DNA of 64,000 bases from the human T2T-CHM13v2.0 reference genome, Homo sapiens: NCBI RefSeq assembly GCF_009914755.1, contig NC_060934.1; one strand, written 5' to 3'. Each line of letters opens with the position of its first letter. Within the stretch, counting starts at the first letter, position 1. The notes under the pieces were generated by a model. The model saw only the letters and a list, made by a program, of their open reading frames with translations. It was not told where the DNA came from and made no database searches. Shown one piece after another: positions 53,971 through 64,000 of this stretch. Position numbers and translations under genes: made by a program.

Positions 53971-55419
53971 CTTCAGGAACACAAGACGCAGAGTTAGACA
54001 CACTCGTGGGGACCCAGCTGGTTTTTATTGCAACCTTTACAAACCCTCCTCAAGGTAACTCTTTCAGAAGCACAGTCTCCTTGACAACTCTTTATAAAGC
54101 CTGAGGCGGTCTCCCTCGCAAAGATGGCACATTTGCTCTTGGCAGGCACGGGGCTTGGCTGTGTTCAGGGTGGGAGGCTGGAATTGAAGCCCCAGCCCCG
54201 GGCCCGGCTGTGAGAAGCTGCAGCTCAAGTGCAGGTGGAAACATACACTGGCTGCCAACCGGCATGTCTCCTGGGCAGGCCCTCACTCCAGGTCCTCATA
54301 CTGCCCACGGCCCACGGCAGGGAAGCCAGGCCTCAGGTGCTGCTGCAGAGATGGGGTCATGGAGGGGTAAGGAGCAGGCTTTTCATCCGAACAATCATTT
54401 CACTCACTCATCGCCCCTTCATTCTGGACAAATGCCTGGAAGATAGTTATGTGCAGAACCATCTATGTCCTGAGATCTAACCCCAAAGGGAAACTTCAGT
54501 GACAAAGAAGGAGGCTGGGACCCCTCCTCAGGCACAGAGGACAGTGGAGAATGGGATCACCCAGGGGCCCTGGAGAAGTTCCCTCCCACAGCAGAGGGGC
54601 GGCCCCTGCCAAGGCCCCGGACACTGTGGGCAGCAGCAGGAGCTGCACAAGGTGGAACCAAGGGTGGGGAGGAAGGGAGGGACCCCACGAGCTGACCATG
54701 CCGGGCTGGGCAGCTCACCAGCACTCCCTTCCGAACCACACGGGCAGGGAGGCTGGACCCTACTCCTACGGAAGAAATGCTAGAGGCCTGCCTTTTTCAA
54801 GTACCAACTCTCCCCCTTGCATTATTTTAACTGCACGTGGATAGATCTTTATGGTTCTACACTGGATTCTAAGAAGCATCTAGAAATATCCTTTTGAAAA
54901 AACGAAATGTTTGCTGCTGGAAGAATGTGTCTGGCCAAATGCAGACGCCGTTCTTCTTGTGTCTGGCTTCCCCTCCTCCCAACCCTGGCCCTGCCTGGGG
55001 GCAGGTCCGTCGGCTGCCACCCGCCCCTCAGGATGCAGCCTGTTCTCCAGGACGGGCAGACTCAACCCGCGCTGGGTTGGCGCACCCTCACTCTGACCAT
55101 GCTGAGCCCTCGTGGGCCTGCTCCCTGGCCTGGCCCTGCTCCCACACCTGCCCACGGCATCAGACCACCCATTTGAGAGCTCCCTTATTTTCAGCTGCAC
55201 TTAGGTCAACCTCAGCCAGCAATCATGAAGAGCAGTCCGCTCACAAGCAGTGGCTTAGGGCCTCCTACATTCTGGGAGCTCCCTAAGTGCTCGGAGATGT
55301 AGGAATGGCATGTACATCTAAAGGCATGGGCCTTACCCGCTCCTTTCAAAACCAGCTCACCCTGGGATCTGGATTGTGAGTTTCTCGAACCGTAGTCTGG
55401 GCTTTCTGATTTGGTCTAG

Positions 55420-55857
55420 AGGTAAGAGTCTCTCCTGGGCCACAGTCTCCCCAAGCTCCACTGAACTTCTCAGTAGGCCTAGGATTCTGAACTTCATGCT
55501 CACCTTTGCATTGCCCAATGTGAGCAACGGTCCTGCTAAACTGATTAGCCATAGTCTTCCCTACCCTTCCCTTAATCTGCTCACCGGGACACCTTACCAG
55601 ATTTCTCATCCTCTGCCATGCCCCAGATCTGACTCAGCAAGAATCTGCTGAGGTTGGTTCAGCCAAAACCCCCCGATCCCTGAGGTCTGCTCTTGGTAAT
55701 TTTCCATCCACTGACCCCCAACCCTGACCGTGGCTATCAAATCCTGCTTTTCCATGCCAAATTTGGAATTGAGCCTGGTCTCTTTTCCTCCTTTGCAACA
55801 GTCTTGAATATAATCTGTTTTTACGGCTTTAACTACTGTCCAGTTCTGGTTTTGACG
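55420..55857 (+). mobile_element. ERV1 LTR (MER31-like)
   Basis: aagagtctctcct...cagcaagaatc...taattttccatccactgacccc...gaattgagcc. Confidence 0.65.
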
Positions 55858-55864
55858 ATAGCAC

Positions 55865-56042
55865 CATGTTCTCCACTGGGGATGATTTTGCCCCAGGGGA
55901 CATTTGGTAAGGTCTGGAAACATTTGTGGCTGCCACAACTGGGGAGATGTTACCAGCACCTGGGAGTGGAGAGCCGGGATGCTGTGAAATGTCCTGCAAT
56001 GCACAGGACAGCCCCCACCACGCAGGCTCATGTGGCCCAAGT
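55865..56042 (+). mobile_element. MER20 (hAT-Charlie DNA transposon)
   Basis: ggggatgattttgccccaggggacatttgg...cctgcaatgcacaggacagcccccac. Confidence 0.85.
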
Positions 56043-57190
56043 GGGTCTCCCCCAGGAGGTTTGGATGCTAGGTAAAGATTACACTACTTCCTCATTTGGA
56101 GAGGAGGTAAGGTGGCAAACAGGAAAAGGTCATCTAGTGGCCAGACCCGGCCGTCCAGGCCTCCCAACACCTGCCAAGTGAGAAGTGTTTCCTCACTTGG
56201 CAGGTCTGTCCAAGGTCCTGGGAAATTCATTAGTACCATGTTTAGGATGTACTGAGAATATGCAATGCCTTATGTCTAACAAGAGGTTTTCATTCACAGG
56301 GGCTGTAATATGGATTAATCCCAACGAATACAAAATGTGCAAAGAAACAAAAAGATTGCTCAGCCCATTAGAGAACTGTATTTATAGACCCACTATTCCA
56401 GGAGAATTTACATTCTCTGCTTCTTATGTGATTACATGGAATTTTGAGAAAAGAATATTACCAGTGGATTTCCAATTGTATCATATTCCAAAGGGTATAA
56501 TTAGGATTTCCCTGTAATAAATTTTCATTAGTTAAAAATAGAAATGTGAAACAAGGCCTGTATTGTTGCAACTTGAAATAAGAACAGGCGCATTCTGACT
56601 GCGCGATGATGGTGTGTTGGAGCTTATTCAGCACAATACTCTGTGCAGGGCTGCCGCACGCCTTCCAAATGGCTATCCGTTCAGTTAGAATCGGTCAAAA
56701 GCAAATGCAAACTAGCTAAATATATTTTTGATATTCTTATGGCTGAATGAGTTCTGTACCTTTAACAAAAAGTAAATTCTAATACTTTTAGTAAAGATAG
56801 CTCAACCCACGGTTTTCCTGCTGGTAGAGGCAGCGTCCCCGAGGACACACTAATTGGTGTGCACCAGCCCTGCAGGCTGCGAGCCAGGGAGGTAGCCTTA
56901 CTGCATCACAGAAGCCTCGTTAAGGGAACCCATGGATTTGGGAAGTTTCCCAGGTCCAATGTATAGGTTGAAAGGGGCCTGGTCTTGGCCAACCTTTAAC
57001 CAGGGTAGGTGCTCCTGAAATCTGGGCACCATAGCCCTGGGCGGGGGTCCCTCACGCCCAGGGTCCGCCCCTCCCTGCCTTCTTCCCTTCTGTGTGGTGA
57101 CCATCCTACCCCTAAGCAGGGGTGCTCTCTTCTCCCGGTTCTGTCCCTTCCCCCAGCCTCTGAGCTTGCCAATCGATCTGTTAATGATTC

Positions 57191-57232
57191 GTGTGTGTGT
57201 GTGTGTGAGCTTGTGTGTGTGCGCATGCGTGC
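57191..57232. repeat. (GT)n microsatellite
   Basis: Direct inspection. Confidence 0.85.
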
Positions 57233-58504
57233 ATCTGTCCCATGCTGGTAAGTCTGTAAAGCTGAGGTTTTCTGATTTTGCCCATGTGCAGAGGGCAGCA
57301 CATTATCCGGTAAAATGCACAAATCCAAGACCCAGTGGAGCTGAGTTCTGGGCACTGCAACCCCCGCCATGATTTTCCCTTTGTGAACAAGACACTTTAA
57401 TGATCCATCTGAGGCTGGGGAACTCAGGCCCTGGGCTGTGCACACCTGCTGTGGGCACAGAGCTCACCTCTAAACCCTCAGAGGCACTTCTCTCCACCCA
57501 GATCCTTTCTGCAGAACCATCCTGAGGTCAGAACCATTGCCCTGGCAGAGAAATGACAAACACCAAGTAGTTGTTGGCTCCAGGCTAGAGGAATGGGATG
57601 TGTGATATTCAGTTTCCCCAGCCAGGCTGAGGCACCCACCCATTCCCTCATAGGCTGACACCCAGGTGCCTCATCACAGCACTACCCAGATGGATGGAGG
57701 CTCAGACAGCCCAGCTGGATGGATCAAGATCCAAACCTCTATGTGGGCAAATGCACTGATGCCTTCAGCCCCAGCATGCTCCCCTGAGGTGGTCCTAGCA
57801 CTCACCTAGAGCTGTCACGTGGATTCAGTGAGATGGTCCACATCGACCTCTCGGAGCGACCCCTCCTGCTCCTTCACTCCTTCCCTCCCTCTCCAGCTTG
57901 CAGGTGCGGTGTGTCCACCCATACTGGGCACAGCGGGGCTGTAGCTGGAACAAGGAGCTCCTCACTGCCCAAGGAGCTTACAGTCCAGTGGGACATGTAT
58001 AAAACAGTTACACACATGCGAAGCCTCAGCTGCCACAGGTGTGTCAGGGCTGAAATCCACAGTGCAGAGACTGTCAGTGCCAGAGGGGCTTCTGGTTGGT
58101 GTTCCCGCTAACACAATCATTTGAGAGACTCTGCAGAAACAGCAGACATTCTAGTGGACCATGGCTCCAAGACAGAACATGAGCAGGGAAGAGACATAGA
58201 TGCTGACACAGGTTGAGATGGCGTCACTCTGCCAGGGTGCTGCCATGTGATGTGGGGAAAGTGCTGACATGTGACTGAGGACCTGATTCTGGAGAGGCCT
58301 GTCTGCAGATGTGATGAGGTCAAGGTGTTTCTGAGCCTTACAGGTGAGGATGACTTGCTGTACAACCTTGGCCAAAATATGGAAACTCTCTGGACCTTAC
58401 TCATGGTAAGATACATGCTTCCGACCAGATGATCTGAAAATGCCTCGCAATACCGCAATTCTATGATGCAAATGTGATCCTGTTAATTTCATCCTGATGA
58501 AATA

Positions 58505-58622
58505 TTTAAACATCTTGACTCTGCCATCAACTTATTAGCTCTGCCTCCCAACTTTGCAGTTCCTATAAATTTGATGAACAGGCCTCCTGTGTCTTCATCC
58601 AGCTTGTTCATAAAAATGTTCC
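58505..58622 (-). mobile_element. CR1/L3 LINE reverse-transcriptase fossil
   Basis: Translation NIFMNKLDEDTGGLFIKFIGTAKLGGRAN aligns by eye with the CR1-type pattern NIFINDLDE...KFADDTKLGG. Confidence 0.7.
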
Positions 58623-58657
58623 ACAGGAAGCGCCACACAGATGCCTCTAGCAGCTCT

Positions 58658-58950
58658 CCCAGCTGCAGCCCTGCAGACGGACGGCTCCACACACCCGTGC
58701 TCATAATGGGCTGTGAGGCCTGGGCGTGGGCACAGAGACAGAGATGCCCCCTCGGCCCTGGCCTGCCTCCCGTATAGTCTTGTCTCAGTCTGCAGGTGCC
58801 AGGTCGCCCAGCTGCAGCCCTGCAGACGGACAGTGCCACACACCCATGCTGGTGATGAGCTGTGAGGCCCAGGTGTGGGCACAGTGAGAGAGATGCCCCC
58901 TCAGCCCTGGCCTGCCTCTCGTATAGTCTTGTCTCAGCCTGCAGGTACCA
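58658..58950. repeat. Tandem duplication, 2 x 149 bp
   Basis: cccagctgcagccctgcagacggac at 58658 and 58807. Confidence 0.92.
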
Positions 58951-59169
58951 CACCACCATCAGGGGTCCCCGCTGACAGACAGTCTGTGGAGGGTTCCAGA
59001 GGCTGTGCCAGCCCTCACTCCAGTTTTGTTTTATCATAAATGATGTCTCTTGCAGCCTCACTTCTAACAAGTGACCGCACCGTGCCACACACTGCCAGCC
59101 TCCCCAAGGGCGCTTTGGCAGAATGGTTTGCTGGGAAGAGTGGATTCGGAACCTAAAATGTTAGGCCTA

Positions 59170-59966
59170 TGATATAATAAATAATTAATCTGGTCTTTAC
59201 TCCCAGTTCTTGGCAGAGAGCTCCAAAAGATTCTTGGAACGTCCTAAGCACTAGAAATGACCTTTGGTATTCATAACGAAACCTCTCCACCATACCACAC
59301 CTCAGCTGCACTAATGAGGCCACTCACTGGGTTCTTAGTTTCAAGGAAGGGGCTGGCGTGTCAGGAAACACCAGCCCTGAAGATTAGAGAGTTGGAATGT
59401 CCAGGCCCACCCACCACCTGACATCCAGGATGAGGAGAGGGGTTGGAGATTGAATTCAATCTTCCTGCCAATGATCAATAAATTAATCAATCATTTCTCT
59501 GTAATAAAACCCCAATAAAACCCTTGAACAGTGAGGCTCAGGATTGCGCTGGTTGGTGAACACATTAGCATACTGGCAGCAAGACAAATGCAGAGGGACA
59601 GAGGCTCCTGCCCTTGGGACCTTTCCCAGTCTCACCTCATGAGTCTCTTCCATTTGGCTGCTCCTGCGTTGTCACCTCGATCATAAAACTGTAATCGTAA
59701 GCATATCACTTTCTGTGAGTTCTCTGAGTCATTCTAGCAAATTATCAAACTTGAAGGAGGGTGGTGAGAGCTCCATAATTTGTAACCAAGTCAGACAGAT
59801 GTGAGGGTAGACTGGGGACCCACTTGCAGCTGGTGTCTGAGGTAGGGGTGGCCTTCTTGGGGCTGAGCCCTTCCCCTGTGGGGTCTGCAGTATCTCTGGG
59901 TGGTTGGTGTCAGAATTAGACTTAATTGTAGGACACCCAGTTGGTGTCAGAGAATTGCTGTCAGAA
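59170..59966 (+). mobile_element. ERVL LTR (MER21-like)
   Basis: ggttggtgaacacat...gagtcattctagcaaattatcaaac...ggacacccagttggtgtcaga. Confidence 0.8.
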
Positions 59967-60199
59967 CTTGGGTGCAATCAAATTTGCTTCAATTGCATTC
60001 AGCAGGCATTTCCAAGCGGTCCTCCCAACTGTGGCAACCTGCCTCGTTTCTCTGAGCCTCCCAGGTCGTTCATCTATTATAGAACCCACCGGCCCCACAC
60101 AGCTGTCATGAGACTGAACAGCACTGCTCACCTGCAGGGTCCTGCTGAGGGCTGCATGGGGCCCCTTGGTTAGCACGCGGCTGCTGATGTCTGCAGCGG

Positions 60200-60650
60200 G
60201 CCCTGCTCCAAACCCCAGGATCCCAGGCCCCTGCCCTCACCAGGCTCACATTCTAGAGGCAGGGACAGAGAGTAACAATAACCAATACCACCAAGTAAGT
60301 AAATTGGGTGGTGTAATCAAAGATGCTGGATGCTCAGGAAGTCACAAAAAGCAAACAAATGAATGCAGCTGAGGGGAGGGTCTGAGACCATCACAAGGCA
60401 GGCAGGACACCCACAAGCAGATCCTGAGAAGAAGTGAGGAGCCCTGGGGGTATCTGGGAGAACATTCCAGACTCAGGGCTCAGCTATACAAAGGCCCTAA
60501 GGTAGGAGCATCTAAGAATGTTCTAGAGACAGTGGCAAGGAGGCAGTGAGGGGAGGGTGTGGGGGGCAGTGCTCAGAGGTCTGCGAGGATGCAGATCCTG
60601 ATGTCTCCTCATCCATGGCAGGGCTGTGACCTTTCACTCCCAGGGACACG
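60200..60650 (-). mobile_element. L2 remnant, degraded
   Basis: ccctgccctcaccaggctcacattctag...aacattccag...aaaggccctaagg. Confidence 0.5.
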
Positions 60651-61879
60651 GGAGCCCAGAGCCTCTGAGCAGAGTGACGCATCCTGGCCTCCGACTGCCC
60701 TGAGTCCTGACTTAGCGCTCGCTTCTCTGCTTGCCCGGCCAGGGGCCGCTCTGAGCCTTGGAGTGCAGAGACAACTCTGGTAGCACCCGGGGAGCCAGGG
60801 TGAGAGCAGGTTCCTGCCCAGAGCTGCCTCTGGAGTGCACGGTTATTCCCATTAGGACCCCACGGAGCCGAGACCCTGCCCCTGTCTTCTCAAATGCATT
60901 TTAGAAATGTTGTCCTGGACATCCAAGACTGCCCCGTGACGATTTCCTTGGTGATTTTTGAACATCATGTGTTGTTCCAGGTAGGGCATGAGTGGGTGGA
61001 GGCCACCTGGAGGAAAAGATGCCTGACCAGGTAAAGCCATGACATCAGGCTGTCCCCGCAGCAGAGGCTCCTGTAGAGTGGGGGACACTTTTCTGTCAAT
61101 CACTGTGGCGTAGACCAAGGTGCTCCTTTCCTTGCCTTGCTGATGCTACAAGATGATGCACATCTGCACACACTGCCTGGCCCTTTGGTCAGGGTTGGAC
61201 CATCCCAGAGATCTCTGGCCTCTGACAGGTCTCCAAGGCTGTAATTACAGGACCCGCTGCCAGGCTCCTGAGCTGCGGGAGGCCCACCTAAGACCCACTA
61301 GCATCCTATGCAGCCGAGCTCCAGATTCTACTTTCCAAAAGAACAAGGTTCCAGGGTCCCTAGCCTTCCTCTCATACCATTAGGGAGTCCCCGTCCCCAA
61401 GGCTGGCCCCACCCCAGCCTTTGTCTTGGCACCGCAGACCTTGCCCTTCGGAGCGATGCTTCTGGAATTTGTCCAGCATGGAATTATTGCCACATTTCTG
61501 TGAGTCTTCTGAATGAGTGGCCACTGAGTTCTACTCTCATTGAACAAAATTGTCAGAAAAATTTATAAAACAAGGTGACTTTTTGCAAGTGTGCTACGGT
61601 TTTGATATTTTCAGCTCTACGCCATGCAGGAGCGGAGAGCAAGACTTTGAGACCCAAGCAAGGCTGGACCCCGGCTGGCTTGGCTCATCATCGCTGCCTG
61701 CCTGTCCGTGGATGTGCACTGCACTGGCCTCTACAAGCTCCACCTTCTTTATCCCCCAAATGACAACAACAACAACAACAGGATCTGCATCGCAGGGGTG
61801 ACCTGAGGAGGGAACGCTGGGCGCTAATAAAATGCGTGGTCTCTGAGCTCGGAACCTGGGCTTTCCCACTGTGTGCTCT

Positions 61880-62000
61880 GTGTTCTCGAGCAAGTCTCTT
61901 CATTTCATCAACCCTCCATTTCTTCCTCTAGAAAGTGGAAATAATAATAGTTGCAACCACTTGGGATTTGCTTGTAAGAATTAAATGAAATAAGAAGAAT
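61880..62000 (+). mobile_element. MIR fragment
   Basis: tttcttcctctagaaagtggaaataataatag...aagaattaaatga. Confidence 0.5.
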
Positions 62001-62137
62001 CCCTTATAGCCACTGATGGCTCACTGTGTCAAACCTTCTCCTCATTTCATCACCAGCACAACCCCACTGTCCAGGTGGAAAAACTGACTTAATGCATTTA
62101 AGGTATTTAACACAATGGCTGGTCTAGAAATAGTTTT

Positions 62138-62290
62138 GATGACAATGATGGTGATGGTGATGACACAGTGATGATGGTGAGGAAGATGGTGGTGGTGGTG
62201 ATGATGATGATGATATAGTGACAATGGCCATGATGATGGTGATGAACATGATGATGATGGTGATGATGATGATGGTGGTGGTGATGATTC
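62138..62290. repeat. Degenerate (GAT/GGT)n trinucleotide repeat
   Basis: Direct inspection. Confidence 0.9.
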
Positions 62291-64000
62291 TTCACCTTCA
62301 TCATCTCAGGCAGCTTCTGAGCATCCACATCAGTTCTCTCCAGGCTGGGTTCCAGCCCTCTGTTCATCTGGATGACATCTCATTATTATTATTTTTTGTT
62401 TTACAGATGGGAAGAAACTGTTCTTTTTTCCAGCAAAGAGGGCTGGGAATTTATCATCAAAATACTGCCAGACTGTAAATCTGGTGTTAGACACAATGTG
62501 AAATTCTGCAGGAATCAAAGTTTCTGTGAATCTTTTGCCTTATGGGGCCTCAGACATTCTAATGTGTGGTTGTGACAAATGGTCTTCAGATGAGACAAAC
62601 TTTGAAAGATCTGTATTCTCTAGTTTTTTAGCCTTGACACTGTGCAGTGCAGAAACGTGCCTCTGGCAGCTGTAAGGAAGATTGGCACATCCATCAGGGT
62701 GGGCTGCAGGCCCCTGGGTGAGATGGGAGCACAGGGGTGTCGGTTCCGCCGGCTCTGCTCTGCTCACGTGGATGGTCAGGATTCACAGCCAATGATGGCA
62801 TCGAGATGGATGCCTCCCCAGGATGGATCATGGCCACCAGCAAAACCCTGGCTGTGGGGCTTGGTGCTGGCCCTGAGTAGGAACCCTGCAGGCAGCTAGG
62901 TGAACTCAGCAGGAGCAGCTGTTCCTCTGCTCTTACACAGAGATGACACTGCCCAGTGCACAGAGATGCAGAGATGACACTGGCCAGTGCACACAGATGG
63001 GGCTCTAGGATGGGCAGAGATGCAAAATCCTCCTGGAGGAGCGATCATGAGTTCCCAGCTGGGGTCTGGGCTGCCTGGAATCTCCAGGGACCTGTGCCCC
63101 AGCCACAGACTCACTGTTGGCCTTTCCGGCTTGGTCAGCTCCTGACTGCCTAGCACCCCTGCTTCTGCCCTGCTCGCTTCACCTCTTCCGGGAATCACAA
63201 ACCAATTCCTGGCTCTGCCTAAGGCCAGACAGGCCCTACCGTGGCTGGACAGCTCACTCCCAGTCTTCAGTGTGACCACACTCATCTGTCCCGTGTGCAC
63301 TTGCTGTCCGTGTAGCTGTGGCACATGGGCCATGCTGGGGAGAGGTGGCAGAATGAGGAGTGATCAGGCCATGGGAGCTGTGGCCTCCTGGACCGTCCAC
63401 CATGCTGAGAGGCAGGCTCACCAAGGCCTGGGAAGAGCTGAAGTCTCTCCCAGCTGAGGTTTATGAGCCACTCAGAAGGTGAAACACCTGCTGAAAAGGG
63501 TTTGCTGGTGGCCTCGTTCTGGCTGGGGGCAGAATCCCAGTGAGCAGCAAGCTCCGGCTCTGAGCCAGCTCTCAGCTGCGGGAGGCAGGGCAGCTATGTG
63601 CTGCTAGGCGGCAGCTCTGGCCTGAGCTCCTGCTTTGCGACAGACTCTGCTGGGGACCGTGTTCATCCAGCTTCAGTGCCGGCTGCCAGGCTTCCCCAGC
63701 AATTAATTAGGAGGCCCTTGAGCACCTCCCCAGGACGTGTTTCTGCACCTGTAACTTGTGCAGTCTCCTCATGTGGGAACTCACGCTGGTGGCTCCAGAG
63801 AGGCAGCACCTACCTCCACCCAGGGCAGCACAGACACCAGGCCACGTCCTGTCCTTTGGCAGGTAGTTTTCTGGTAACATTTGCAAAATTACCAAAGCTC
63901 TCAACCTGAGATCTTGGTCTCAGAGCTCTCAAAACTCTGGACGGGGCCAGACAAGAGCTGAGGGAGACGGTCAGGGCACCTTGACTTGAGAATTTGGGGC

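Noticed and set aside
56627-56650. TTCAGCAC half-site suggesting a REST/RE1 element
   Set aside because: The GGACAG right half is absent.
62042-62478. Poly-His and poly-Met ORFs
   Set aside because: Products of the (GAT/GGT)n repeat.

Overview
Human (primate) genomic DNA: Alu-rich, mostly non-coding, with many GC-rich minisatellites. The only protein-coding content I can support is the 3' end of TCERG1L (transcription elongation regulator 1-like, known to lie at 10q26.3) on the minus strand. It comprises four spliced exons (53835-53970, 41305-41394, 35346-35464, 30202-30358) that join in frame through canonical GT-AG sites and encode the C-terminal FF-domain region, followed by a ~770-nt 3'UTR ending near 29431. 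Positions 1-29400 are downstream intergenic DNA. The rest is Alu, old L1/L2/MIR/CR1, LTR and MER20 relics plus many local tandem duplications. Almost all ORFs in the supplied track are spurious. I do not see convincing evidence of a new biological system. The best leads are a ~250-bp non-Alu inverted duplication (13900-15193), a CTCF + ETS-CRE composite element downstream of the gene (25722-25886), an orphan plus-strand exon-like unit (5529-5655), a likely antisense unit using an L1-derived poly(A) signal (32140-32817), and a triple G-quadruplex repeat past the poly(A) site. Repeat family names are from recognition by eye and need RepeatMasker/Dfam confirmation.
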